Shown here: one piece after another, positions 1-9,791 of the stretch
How the letters are laid out: each line of letters starts with the position of its first letter
How positions within the stretch are numbered: the first letter of the stretch is position 1
Source of the DNA: Candidatus Woesearchaeota archaeon
GTDB taxonomy: Archaea; Nanobdellota; Nanobdellia; Woesearchaeales; DSVV01
Assembly (NCBI GenBank): GCA_038884615.1
Contig: JAWABL010000003.1
Span: 9,038-73,037, forward strand
DNA length: 64,000 nucleotides
Direction of reading: 5' to 3'
Program-made: the position numbers and the translations under genes
The notes under the pieces: generated by a model
The model's database searches: none
What the model saw: the letters and a program-made list of their open reading frames with translations, nothing else
What the model was told of the DNA's origin: nothing

Positions 1-1230
1 TCTCTGGCTTACTCCTTTTCTTCCGCCGACCCAGTTGCCTGTTGCCATGGAGCTGTATATTCTTTGTGTAAGAAGCTTGTCTCTTATAACTACCCTTATT
101 GATGGAAATTTGCCGCGTTTTACGATACGCTGAAAATTATAAAGCATGTCACCTATAAGAACCTTAAGATTTACCCTAAATAAGTCAGCAAGCAAATCGC
201 CGCTCATTTTAATTCTCTTGTTCATATAATGGTCCTTGTCGTCCACACCAATAACTCCTTTTGTGACGTTGATATATCTCTTCACAAATTTACATAGGTT
301 ATAAGCCTTAAACAGCCGGTCCTTTTTCTCTATTCCAAGATGAGGGAGGAAATATTTATCAAGAATTTCTTGCATTCTTTCTATTCTGATATCTTTTGCT
401 TGGGTAATACCTATTCTCTTTGCCATGTAGTCAAGTGCTTCTTCTTCGCTTTTTATGTCAACAAAATCAAGGAGATTTACATACACATCATCGTCATGCT
501 CACTGCCTGCGATATTTCTCATTATATCTTCATCCTTTATCATTCCAAGGGCCTTTAGGATTACCACTACAGGTATCCTTCTGACTCTCGTAAAAGAAAC
601 ATAAAAGATTCCATCCCTGTGTTTTTCAATGCTATGAGGTATTTTGAATGAGCCATAGCTAGAGAATATTTTACCTTGATATTCGCTTGGGCCGGTTTTT
701 ATCTTCTCCATTAAGAACATATTTGCCGCAAGATCCTCGATATTTATAAGAACCCTTTCTGTTCCGTTTATTATAAAATATCCGCCAAGGTCATATGGGT
801 CTTCGCCTTTAGCGATAAGCTCCTCTCTACTTAATCCATACAAATGGCAGAACTTTGAGCGAAGCATTATAGGCATGCTTCCAATTTGCGTAACAAAAGA
901 TTCTCTTTGTATTCCGTTTATGTGCGCGCTTATTTCTATGAATATAGGGACAGAATATGTGATTTTTCTGAGTCTAGCTTCAATAGGATAGATAGGTCTC
1001 TTGCTTCCGTCTGCCTCTGTTATTTCTGGCTTTGTAACCCATATCTTGTCAAGTCTGATTTTAAACTCATCAATATTATGTGGGATTATTGTCGGCTCTA
1101 TTGTTTTGTTCTCTTCAATTATAGTTTGAAGCTCTTTTTCAATAAAATAATTAAATGATTCTATATCTGAATTAACAAAACTGTGTTCCTCAAAATATTT
1201 TTTGATAAGTGCTTTTGAATATCTTTGCAT
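1..1230 (-). CDS. rpoB: DNA-directed RNA polymerase subunit B'' (N-terminal part of Rpo2), partial, runs off the window start
   Basis: Not in the ORF track. Minus-strand translation from ATG at 1230 gives MQRYSKALIKKYFEEHSFVNSDIESFNYFIEKELQ...YPIEARLRKITYS...IGSMPIMLRSKFC...DLGGYFIINGTERV. Lies directly downstream of rpoH. Confidence 0.95.
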   Translation of the reverse strand, partial: MQRYSKALIKKYFEEHSFVNSDIESFNYFIEKELQTIIEENKTIEPTIIPHNIDEFKIRLDKIWVTKPEITEADGSKRPIYPIEARLRKITYSVPIFIEISAHINGIQRESFVTQIGSMPIMLRSKFCHLYGLSREELIAKGEDPYDLGGYFIINGTERVLINIEDLAANMFLMEKIKTGPSEYQGKIFSSYGSFKIPHSIEKHRDGIFYVSFTRVRRIPVVVILKALGMIKDEDIMRNIAGSEHDDDVYVNLLDFVDIKSEEEALDYMAKRIGITQAKDIRIERMQEILDKYFLPHLGIEKKDRLFKAYNLCKFVKRYINVTKGVIGVDDKDHYMNKRIKMSGDLLADLFRVNLKVLIGDMLYNFQRIVKRGKFPSIRVVIRDKLLTQRIYSSMATGNWVGGRKGVSQR

Positions 1231-1231
1231 C

Positions 1232-1489
1232 CTACACCACATATCTATAATATATACTCTCTCCGGCAGTCGGGCTTTGCCTTATAATTTTTATTATGTC
1301 GCCTTGTTTAGGATTAAGAGTTTGTATTGCCGGATCATTTACTGATATTTTAGGCAACTGCTTATAGTTAAGATTGTATTTTGAAAGAAGCTCGTCTTTT
1401 TCCTTCTGGTTAAGCTTAATATGCTTCGGCACTAGTACATGAAGCCTTACATCAAAATTTGGTTTTTTTCTGCTGCGTTTTTTCGCCAT
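1232..1489 (-). CDS. rpoH: DNA-directed RNA polymerase subunit H (Rpo5)
   Basis: HVLVPKH, QLPKISVNDP and GDIIKIIRQSPTAGESIYYRYVV motifs; upstream of rpoB. Confidence 0.97.
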   Translation of the reverse strand: MAKKRSRKKPNFDVRLHVLVPKHIKLNQKEKDELLSKYNLNYKQLPKISVNDPAIQTLNPKQGDIIKIIRQSPTAGESIYYRYVV

Positions 1490-1573
1490 TTTTTAAACCA
1501 ACTTTAATACATATCCATTATTAAATGTTCATTATTAAATTTATAATCTTATATCGAATTTATAAGCTTATAA

Positions 1574-1661
1574 TGGGCCGGACGAGATTCGAACTCGCGA
1601 CCACCCGATGCCCGCCCTAAATGTTAAAAGTCGGGTGCTCCACCAGCTAAGCTACCGGCCC
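1574..1661 (-). tRNA. tRNA-Lys(TTT) with a 15-nt intron at canonical position 37/38 (about 1610-1624)
   Basis: Reverse complement reads GGGCCGGTAGCTTAGCTGGTGGAGCACCCGA-CTTTTA[ACATTTAGGGCGGGC]A-TCGGGTGGTCGCGAGTTCGAATCTCGTCCGGCCCA. Confidence 0.92.
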
Positions 1662-1674
1662 GGGTTAGTATAAA

Positions 1675-1793
1675 CGCCCTGGCCGGGACTTCCAAAAACC
1701 CCAAATAAATTTTTAGGGTGTTTTATCTTTTTTTTGAACCCGGGTCGAAGCCTCGACAGGGCTTCATGATAGGCCGGACTACACTACCAGGGC
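1675..1793 (-). tRNA. tRNA-Asp(GTC) with a 44-nt non-canonical intron in the T-loop (59/60; 1689-1732)
   Basis: Reverse complement reads GCCCTGGTAGTGTAGTCCGGCCTATCATGAAGCCCTGTCGAGGCTTCGACCCGGGTTCAAA[intron]TCCCGGCCAGGGCG. A bulge-helix-bulge forms (TTCA/TGGA helix with AA|A and AG|T bulges). Confidence 0.92.
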
Positions 1794-1812
1794 ATCAGCT
1801 CAAACAACTGTT

Positions 1813-1884
1813 AAAAATCCTTCTAGCATCTAAATACAAATTATAAATGCTTATTTTTGACATTGGAATGCTAGAAAGATTTTT
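1813..1884. repeat. 17-bp inverted repeat upstream of the tRNA-Asp/Lys pair
   Basis: AAAAATCCTTCTAGCAT (1813-1829) and ATGCTAGAAAGATTTTT (1868-1884). The single mismatch is a G-U pair on the minus strand. Confidence 0.6.
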
Positions 1885-1981
1885 CATGAATTAATGCTAA
1901 CTTTTTTCTCTATTTATAAACCTATCGGATTTTCAGGATATTTCCAGCATAATTATTTTAAGCATAATTTCTTAAGAATAA

Positions 1982-2932
1982 TTAACAGATTCTGGGCACG
2001 ACTTCTCCTGTAGGCATTTCAAGAAATCTCTGTCCCACTGGGGTATTAATAATAAGGTCATTTTTTGTTATCTCACCAATAACCGCGGCTGTTTTGTTAA
2101 ATTGTTTTAGTTTTTTAAGTACAAGCCTCGCATTATTTTTTTTACAAACCAATATCGCTCGTCCCTCGCATGCAAGGCTAAAAGGGTCGACACCAAGCAA
2201 TTTACAGATAGCAGAAACCGGTTTTGATATAGGCACTGCTTTTTCATTTATCAAGACGCCTACTTTGTTTTTTGTAGCAAGCTCAGCAATGCACGCAGAA
2301 ATTCCGCCACGCGTTGGGTCTTTTGCTTGTTTAATAAGATGTATAACCGACATTAACTCTGGCATTATATTTTTGCAGTCGCTTTTTATTTTTGATTCAA
2401 ACTTAAACCTTTCAGCAAGCAAAGCAGCTCCATGCTCAGCAATGTTTCCTGTTACAATTATTTGGTCTCCTATCTCAAGTTTTTTTGTAAGTTGCCTTTT
2501 TATCCTCCCTATTCCTGATGTATTTATGATTAATCCGTCAAGGGTTTTTTTTGGCATTACTTTGGTGTCGCCGGTGACAACAGGGACATTTGCTTTTTCA
2601 GCTTCTTTATGTATAGAACCAATAATAAACATAAGTCTTTCTTCTGAAAAACCTTCCTCAATTACAAGGCCAAGTGAAATGCCGACAGGCTCAGCACCTG
2701 AGACAACCAGGTCGTTTATTGTGCCACAAACAGCAAGCTTGCCTATGTCTCCGCCTGGAAAAAACAATGGGCTTATAGTATAGCTGTCAGTAGTAAAAGC
2801 GATATCACCGAAAAAAGCAGAATCGCCGTCAGAATTGAACCACTTGCCTGTGCTTCCAAGCACTTTTCTTATTCTAGCAACAAGCTCGTGCATTTCTTTT
2901 CCGCCTGCGCCGTGATGTAAGCCAATGTTCAT
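1982..2932 (-). CDS. hypE: [NiFe]-hydrogenase maturation protein HypE (carbamoyl dehydratase)
   Basis: HGAGG, FTTDSYTISPLFFPGGDIGKLAVCGTINDL, VVTGDTKV, DPTRGG and the C-terminal PRIC. Confidence 0.97.
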   Translation of the reverse strand: MNIGLHHGAGGKEMHELVARIRKVLGSTGKWFNSDGDSAFFGDIAFTTDSYTISPLFFPGGDIGKLAVCGTINDLVVSGAEPVGISLGLVIEEGFSEERLMFIIGSIHKEAEKANVPVVTGDTKVMPKKTLDGLIINTSGIGRIKRQLTKKLEIGDQIIVTGNIAEHGAALLAERFKFESKIKSDCKNIMPELMSVIHLIKQAKDPTRGGISACIAELATKNKVGVLINEKAVPISKPVSAICKLLGVDPFSLACEGRAILVCKKNNARLVLKKLKQFNKTAAVIGEITKNDLIINTPVGQRFLEMPTGEVVPRIC

Positions 2933-3199
2933 TTTACAAAATCTTATAACAAAAATTTTATAATAATAATTTAAATAACACTCTAATATATGTAGACATA
3001 TCTACTAATTTTGAATTTACATTGCTACATTTATTTTGCTATACTATATTAACTATTATATATTATACTATACTGTATAATTACTGGATATATAGTATTG
3101 TTAGTGTATACATATCTATTCTAATTATTGCTAGGTATCCCAAATTTCTATAATTTCTATAATATACAAAATATACTATATACTATTATATTGCTATAT

Positions 3200-4219
3200 T
3201 TATTCTGAAAAATATTTATAGTATATGCTACATGATCCCTCAGAGCTGACCATACATGCGCCCATAGGTGTTTGAGGCTTGCATCTTGACTTGAATAAAG
3301 GGCACTCAACAGGGAATATTTTGCCTTTAATTACTTCTCCACACTTACAACCTTTCTGCTCTTTTGCCTTTGGAACTCTTTTAAAAATCTCTTTATATAT
3401 TAGTTTTGCATTTTGACTTGAATACCTCTTCTTTATTTCAAGCCCACTCCTAGGGATTGTTCCTAAACCACGCCATTCTGCATCGCATTTTTCAAAACAT
3501 TCTGCTAAAACAGCCTGTGCCTTTTTGTTGCCTGAGGGATTTACAACCCTCTTGTATTGGTTAAAGACTATATTCTTATTATTTCTTATCATCTTAAGAA
3601 GCATAAGGATTGATTCAAGCATGTCTTCGGGCTCAAACCCAGTTATTGCCTGCGGTTTTTGAATTATCTCATACGGCTTGAGACCGATAATCGCTGAGAC
3701 ATGACCTGGATTAATAAAACAGTCAATTTGTGAAGAATCGGCGACTGCCTTCATTGCCTCGGGCATGGTTTTATGGCAAGAATATACTAAAAGCCCCTTT
3801 TTAATAGCGACGGCTGTCATTGGGGCAGTTGTTTCAAAGCCAATTCCAAAAAAAACAGCATCTTTAAGTTTGAGCGCATCCATAACTGAATAAACAACAT
3901 GCACATTTGCACCATTTGTCCGTGCTTCATCAAGGCTCATTCTTGTACCTGGCACTTTAATCATATCTCCATATGTAGCTACAGCAACACCTGCATTTGC
4001 AAGTGCGATAATATTATCTATATCTTGTTGTGGAGTTACGCAAACAGGGCACCCAGGTCCTGAAATAAGCCTAACATTAGAAGGAAGAACATTCCTGAGT
4101 CCATACTTTGCAGCTGTTACAGTATGAGTACCACAAACTTCCATTATGTTTACTTGTCTTTCTATTTTTCTTGCTTCAACTCTTATTTTTTCAATAAGTG
4201 CATCAAACCTACGATTCAT
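3200..4219 (-). CDS. hypD: [NiFe]-hydrogenase maturation protein HypD (start revised to ATG 4219)
   Basis: MEVCGTHT, GPGCPVCVT, GFETTAP, PGHVS and GACMVSSEGSC. Confidence 0.97.
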   Translation of the reverse strand: MNRRFDALIEKIRVEARKIERQVNIMEVCGTHTVTAAKYGLRNVLPSNVRLISGPGCPVCVTPQQDIDNIIALANAGVAVATYGDMIKVPGTRMSLDEARTNGANVHVVYSVMDALKLKDAVFFGIGFETTAPMTAVAIKKGLLVYSCHKTMPEAMKAVADSSQIDCFINPGHVSAIIGLKPYEIIQKPQAITGFEPEDMLESILMLLKMIRNNKNIVFNQYKRVVNPSGNKKAQAVLAECFEKCDAEWRGLGTIPRSGLEIKKRYSSQNAKLIYKEIFKRVPKAKEQKGCKCGEVIKGKIFPVECPLFKSRCKPQTPMGACMVSSEGSCSIYYKYFSE

Positions 4220-4424
4220 CCTCAATACTCTCCCAAAAAGTAATCTTTTCTTCTGCACTTTTTTTTTCAATTATTTGTATAGCAAATCCTGCGTGTACAA
4301 GAACAAAGTCGCCTAGTTTAGCATCAACAAAATCAAGCATTATTTCCTTTTTTACTCCACCAAAATCAACAACTGCAATATTTCCATTCTTTTCAAGCAC
4401 TTTTCCAGGTATTGCAAGGCACAT
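4209..4424 (-). CDS. hypC: [NiFe]-hydrogenase maturation chaperone HypC (start revised to ATG 4424)
   Basis: MCLAIPG N-terminus; GDFVLVHAGFAI. Confidence 0.96.
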   Translation of the reverse strand: MCLAIPGKVLEKNGNIAVVDFGGVKKEIMLDFVDAKLGDFVLVHAGFAIQIIEKKSAEEKITFWESIEDES

Positions 4425-4557
4425 ACAAAGCAAGTAAATCTGAGTAATATAAATATATAGCACAAATATATCTTTTTTGATTACTATCAAATAATAGTTC
4501 CAAAACATTTATATGCAGTAAGATATAACCGAATGTTTTAAAGTTGGGGGGTCAAGC

Positions 4558-7500
4558 GTGAATAAGAGAGTCGCTTTTAAGCGCTTAGATTATCTACTTA
4601 CAAAAAGGTTTTCCTTGTATATTCTAGTTTTATTTTTTTCGTTTTTTTCGCATAAAGCATTAGCTAGTACACAGAACTTCCCTCCTAACCAACCACAGAT
4701 TTTAACACCCGACGGTCAGGTAGAGACAGATGTGCTTTTCAAAAACATAAATTTTAATGTCACAGACAGCGATAATACAGTTCTTTCATGTAAGATGTAT
4801 GTTAACGGCACCGGCAATGTTAGCAATTCAACCACAAGGAACAATACTCAAACATGGCTAAATCTCAGCGTTGCTGCATGTGGATACTATGTATACTACA
4901 TCAACTGCAGTGATGGTGAGTTTTATAACATTTCCGCGACTCAGTGGATTCTTTTTAATTACAGTATTGATTCAACACCGCCCATAATAGGCTCTGTAGA
5001 GAATGTATCTATAACAAACTCAAGCGCCATTATAAAGTGGATAACAGACGATATAAGCAACTCAACAGTCTATTATGGCACAACACAATTATTAGGGAGC
5101 AGTTCATACAACGCAACTATGACAAACAATCATTCTGTTCTTTTAACAGATCTAAGTAACAATACTTTATATTACTACAATGTAAGCTCATGTAACAGTG
5201 CCGGCTATTGCAGTGTTTCATTGCAATACTCTTTCACAACAGAGCAGAACTTTATTCCTGGACCTGTTATATCAAATGTGTTGAACATCTCAATTACCAA
5301 CACAACAGCGGTGGTGACCTGGGAAACTGACCTTCCTACGGATTCGCTTGTAAAGTATGGTATGTCAAGCGGCATTTACTCTGAAAACATATCAAACTCC
5401 ACTTTAACCACAACGCATCTTATAGAACTCACAGGTCTTATGCCTGACACAACATACTACTATGTTGTAAACAGCACAGATGGGAACAGCAATTCAAGCG
5501 AAAGCGATGAGATGAATTTTACTACTGTTGATACGATTCCACCTTCTATAAATTCAGTGTATCTAACAAGCTACTACATCAAAAACAACACGCCTGTTAC
5601 TGTGTATGTAAATGCAACCGACAATCATCTCCTTCAAGTCACTGCCGAAGGCACTCCTCTTGTGCAGAACGGCGATGTCTGGGAGGGTACAATCCCCTTA
5701 AGTTCAAGCCCCCTTGATATTGTTGCTATTGACGAAAGAGGAAACAATGCAACAGACAGCAGCGTGAATTTTGTTGTTGATGGAACGCCCCCCACGATAC
5801 ATTCAATTACAATATCAAAAAAATATGTGAAGAACAACACCAAGGTGGAAATCATTGTAAATGCCAGTGATGCTGTTAATGTAACAGCTGAAGGCACGCC
5901 CCTTAGTAGAGAAGGGGACAGATGGAATGGAACGATAGCTCTTCTTGATACCCCTCCTTGGTTTGTGGATGTTGTTGCATATGACAATGTCAGCAACACC
6001 GCTTTTGATAATTCTCTTTCCTACATAATCGACGACATTGCGCCGATTATAAACAGTATCATCCTTTCCCAGGATTATGTAAGGAACAACACCAATGTAA
6101 CTATATATGTCAATATAACTGAATCATCAATAAGTAATGTCAGCGCAGACGATGTTCTTTTAAGCGAAATAAATGGAATATGGAGTGGAGCAATACTTCT
6201 TAAGGACATTGGGCAGCCCACCTTTGTTACTGTAGAGGTATATGATAATGCAGGCAATTTCTTACAGAACACAAACACAACATTCATTGTTGACGAACAA
6301 AACCCTCAGATAAATAGCGTCACAATTTCTGACGGATATGTTTCGACAGGACAAAAAATCCTAGTTACGGTTAACGCTACAGATACGAGAATGCAGTCTG
6401 TAACCGCCAACTCACTTGAGATGATAAACACATCGCCAAGCATCTGGTTTTTAAATCTAACAATACCCTCTTCAAGCGGAACAATAACGATACTTGCAAC
6501 CGATGCGGCTGGCAACACCAAAAGCAATAGCTCTGCCAGTTTTGTGGTTGATAACACCGCGCCTGTAATAAGCATAGCAGAACCACAAAACAATTCATTC
6601 TACTCAAAAAACAATATAACATTCAATTTTAGTGTTTATGAATCAAACCTTTCAAGCGTGAACATAACCATTGACAACAAGAGATACTACGGCAGTTCAA
6701 TAAATGGTAGTCAGACAGCAAATTTTACCGATCTTTGTGCCGGAATGCACAAAGCTGTCTTAACAGCGATAGACGAAGCGGAAAATAAAGCAACCAAAAC
6801 CATTAGATTTACTATTGCAGCGCCACTCAATGTGACACAAAAGCTTAATGAGCTTAAGAGTGAGATTGGACTATCGGCAGTAAACATAAGCCTTAAAAAA
6901 AATGAGACTGAACTTTATGGAAACGAGTCTGTAGATATAAATGGAACTCTTTCTCTTGAAATAAATCTGAATGTATCAGGTATCAATGGAAGCATACGCA
7001 TACATGGATTTAATGGTCTTAATGCAGACTGGGATACCGCTTTCTACGCAGATACAAATGCAAGCAGCGAAGAAACGATGAAAGCTACCCAACGCTCAGG
7101 CACTGAGATAGAATATTTTGTTCTCATTAAAAATACAACTGAGTTCATAGAGGATACTTACTATGACCTTGCAGTTATTGTGTTCAACACTGCGCTAAAC
7201 GGCCGCGATGTATTATTTATAGGAGATGATAATGGCGAGGATATATATAAACTACATAACTGCACATCCACCCCCTCTGTAGTCTCAAGCTTATCCGATG
7301 CGTGTTATATTGAGACAGAGCATAATGTCACATTATATCTTCCACACTTTTCAGGAGGAGCAATCGCAAACGATACACTACCCCCAATAATAAATATCAG
7401 CTCGCCGGAAAATGCTACAATAATACAGAACAGCTATTTTGATTTTGAATTTTCTGTGTACGAAGCGAATCCGAACAACTTTAGTCTCTGCAATTATTCA

Positions 7501-8805
7501 GTTTTCAACGGCACAGATATAGTTTATTATGATTATGATATTGAGTATTTAGATATGACAAATAATGGCAGCACACTCTATGAAAAAAGAATACGATTAT
7601 ATGATTTAGCAAATGGAACATATTATTTTAATTTAAGCTGCCAGGACATGAACAATCAGTCGTCTAATCTTAGTTATATCTTTTTTGTCAACGACACTAT
7701 AGAACCTGAGATAACAAGTATAGGTCCCACTGGCTTACAAACAAGCTCTACAACAAGCAAGGTTATTACTATATCAGCGATTACTGATGAAAACAGCTAT
7801 TGTAGGTATGCTACAAGCAACCTGAGCTATTTTGAGATGACAGAACCTCTCGGCTCATTCGGCACATCACATACAACCCAGATAACATACAACTCAGATG
7901 CAAGCGTAACGATGTATGTAAGATGCATTGATGTAAATGGTATTGAGTCTGTTGCAGGTGTAATCTCCTATACAGTAGATGTTGGTATTTCAAGCAGTGG
8001 AAAAAGCACCAATGTAGGAAGCAGTGGAGGAGGCATAATAGGGAATGCAACCACCATAGAGGTCTTTGCATGGTCAAAAACACTAAAGAACATAACTGCT
8101 GAGAATTCTATCTCAATCTTGGTTACCAATAAAGACCTTTCCATAACCGAATTAAAGTTTGTACCTGTTACTGAGGTTCCAAATGCATACATCTACATCA
8201 GAGAAACAAAAGAGAAACCAGAGCGGTCCGGAGAGTTTTTGCAAGGCGTAAGTGTTTATAGATATATAAAAATAGTAGATGATAGTTTTAGAAACATAAG
8301 TGGCGCGGTTATTGATTTCAGGGTTGAAAAGTCCTGGCTTGAAGCTAATCAACTAAAACAGAACAATGTCGGTCTTTACAGGCTTTCCAGCACAGAAGGA
8401 GAGGGCAAATGGGTTTTACAAAATACAAGCAAGACAAGCGAGGATGGCCAATATATTTATTACAGAGCGAATACTACCGGCCTTAGCTATTTTGCTATTG
8501 GCGGAAAGCACGCAAAAGACGAATTAAATCAAGACTCTACATCTGTTTTTAATGAGCAGATGGACGACCCCTCCAACCAAAGTAACATAAATGAAAATGC
8601 AGAAATGAATACCAAGGAAATAGAGAGTGCAAGTCAAGAAGGAAACATACAGATCTCTGCTCCTGTACCTAAAATAAAAATTGAAACAAAGAGAAAGATA
8701 AGCATTTCTTGGCTTATTGCCTTTATATTAATTATAATAGTTCTGGCTGTCGCATCAATAATATATGTAACTAAGATATATGTGAACAGAGAAGGGGGTT
8801 TCTAG
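4558..8805 (+). CDS. Large cell-surface glycoprotein with Fn3/Ig-like repeats, a PGF-pre-PGF-like domain and a C-terminal membrane anchor
   Basis: Signal peptide; repeated D-x-x-[AP]-P-x-I domain boundaries; Fn3-like W-x-TD...YG...H...L...TTYYY; many N-x-S/T sequons; VYRYIKI...DFRVEKSWL...GLSYFAI; C-terminal TM helix. Confidence 0.8.
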   Translation: MNKRVAFKRLDYLLTKRFSLYILVLFFSFFSHKALASTQNFPPNQPQILTPDGQVETDVLFKNINFNVTDSDNTVLSCKMYVNGTGNVSNSTTRNNTQTWLNLSVAACGYYVYYINCSDGEFYNISATQWILFNYSIDSTPPIIGSVENVSITNSSAIIKWITDDISNSTVYYGTTQLLGSSSYNATMTNNHSVLLTDLSNNTLYYYNVSSCNSAGYCSVSLQYSFTTEQNFIPGPVISNVLNISITNTTAVVTWETDLPTDSLVKYGMSSGIYSENISNSTLTTTHLIELTGLMPDTTYYYVVNSTDGNSNSSESDEMNFTTVDTIPPSINSVYLTSYYIKNNTPVTVYVNATDNHLLQVTAEGTPLVQNGDVWEGTIPLSSSPLDIVAIDERGNNATDSSVNFVVDGTPPTIHSITISKKYVKNNTKVEIIVNASDAVNVTAEGTPLSREGDRWNGTIALLDTPPWFVDVVAYDNVSNTAFDNSLSYIIDDIAPIINSIILSQDYVRNNTNVTIYVNITESSISNVSADDVLLSEINGIWSGAILLKDIGQPTFVTVEVYDNAGNFLQNTNTTFIVDEQNPQINSVTISDGYVSTGQKILVTVNATDTRMQSVTANSLEMINTSPSIWFLNLTIPSSSGTITILATDAAGNTKSNSSASFVVDNTAPVISIAEPQNNSFYSKNNITFNFSVYESNLSSVNITIDNKRYYGSSINGSQTANFTDLCAGMHKAVLTAIDEAENKATKTIRFTIAAPLNVTQKLNELKSEIGLSAVNISLKKNETELYGNESVDINGTLSLEINLNVSGINGSIRIHGFNGLNADWDTAFYADTNASSEETMKATQRSGTEIEYFVLIKNTTEFIEDTYYDLAVIVFNTALNGRDVLFIGDDNGEDIYKLHNCTSTPSVVSSLSDACYIETEHNVTLYLPHFSGGAIANDTLPPIINISSPENATIIQNSYFDFEFSVYEANPNNFSLCNYSVFNGTDIVYYDYDIEYLDMTNNGSTLYEKRIRLYDLANGTYYFNLSCQDMNNQSSNLSYIFFVNDTIEPEITSIGPTGLQTSSTTSKVITISAITDENSYCRYATSNLSYFEMTEPLGSFGTSHTTQITYNSDASVTMYVRCIDVNGIESVAGVISYTVDVGISSSGKSTNVGSSGGGIIGNATTIEVFAWSKTLKNITAENSISILVTNKDLSITELKFVPVTEVPNAYIYIRETKEKPERSGEFLQGVSVYRYIKIVDDSFRNISGAVIDFRVEKSWLEANQLKQNNVGLYRLSSTEGEGKWVLQNTSKTSEDGQYIYYRANTTGLSYFAIGGKHAKDELNQDSTSVFNEQMDDPSNQSNINENAEMNTKEIESASQEGNIQISAPVPKIKIETKRKISISWLIAFILIIIVLAVASIIYVTKIYVNREGGF

Positions 8806-8958
8806 TCAGAAGCTGTTTAGGTTTAAAAAACATGCAAATGGAAAATCTAGGTATAGCAGAAGGGATACATATTGCATTAAAAAACAAGACTAAAACAGGA
8901 TTTAACATAAAGAAATAAAATATAAAAATTTTATAATACATTTAGAATGTTTTTAGAA

Positions 8959-9150
8959 TCATTTTTTCTCAATTTTAATGCAAGAAACTGGGCAGCTGTC
9001 GGCTGCTTCCTTTGCACAACCAATATTGTCTACAACATCTTTTTTTGGAACTGATTTCCCACCGACCATCTTAAACATGCTTTGGCATACTGAAACACAC
9101 GCGCCACAACCAATGCATTCGTCTTTATCTACAGTTATCTTAAATGCCAT
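8959..9150 (-). CDS. fdx: Monocluster [4Fe-4S] ferredoxin
   Basis: CIGCGACVSVC...CPVSCI; strong Shine-Dalgarno GGAGGTGG upstream. Confidence 0.93.
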   Translation of the reverse strand: MAFKITVDKDECIGCGACVSVCQSMFKMVGGKSVPKKDVVDNIGCAKEAADSCPVSCIKIEKK

Positions 9151-9332
9151 GCTACCACCTCCTCTACCGGTTGGAATAAATCAATTAGTTTAAAAAGTTA
9201 ATTATTTCTTTAAGTTTTTTGTTTGAATAAACCTTTTTTTGTAAGCTATAATTTAGAATAGTGACTGTAGTAAGCAAAAATTAAAGAAAAGCTCTATAAA
9301 AAGTAGCAATACAAGAGTAGAAATTAAATATT

Positions 9333-9791
9333 TTATTGGTCTTTTTTAATATTATTTTTTTTGACTATTATATTCTCTCCACAACGAACTCTTCCGCCTA
9401 TTACGACCTGCGCGAATATACCTTCTTTTGGCATTATACAACTGCCAGCTAATTTTGCAATTTTGCACGGCGCATGGCACTCCTTTCCAATCTTTGATAC
9501 TCTAAGCACCACTCTACCTATCTGCAAGAGGCACCCTATTTTCAATTTATGAAGCTTGACTCCCTTTGTCGTCAGATTTTCGCCAAAGCTTCCATGCTTA
9601 AAGCAGTGCATGCTTGTTGAGCTTTTCTTGAACCTTTCATAGGATTCAACAGCAAGCAGTGAAACTTGCCTTTTTCCTGGAGAAGCGTGAACATCGCCTT
9701 TTAATCCATAGTTTTTAATAAATACAGCGGTTTTAACAGGACGCTTCCTCCCTTTCACACGGCTTATGTTTATGGACACTATTTTCGCCAA
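9333..9791 (-). CDS. MOSC-domain protein
   Basis: GLKGDVH, RQVSLL, GSFGENLTT, IGKECH-x2-C, CIMPKEGIFAQV; located in the Moco cluster. Confidence 0.9.
   Translation of the reverse strand: MAKIVSINISRVKGRKRPVKTAVFIKNYGLKGDVHASPGKRQVSLLAVESYERFKKSSTSMHCFKHGSFGENLTTKGVKLHKLKIGCLLQIGRVVLRVSKIGKECHAPCKIAKLAGSCIMPKEGIFAQVVIGGRVRCGENIIVKKNNIKKDQ

Noticed and set aside
340..1158. Plus-strand ORFs here and the many antisense ORFs over hyp, moe, gat, atp and top6 genes
   Set aside because: Shadow frames of well-supported genes on the opposite strand or in another frame.
2933..3199. AT-rich TACTATA-like stretch between hypD and hypE as an array or origin
   Set aside because: Low-complexity sequence with no fixed unit, no ORB motif and no cdc6 nearby.
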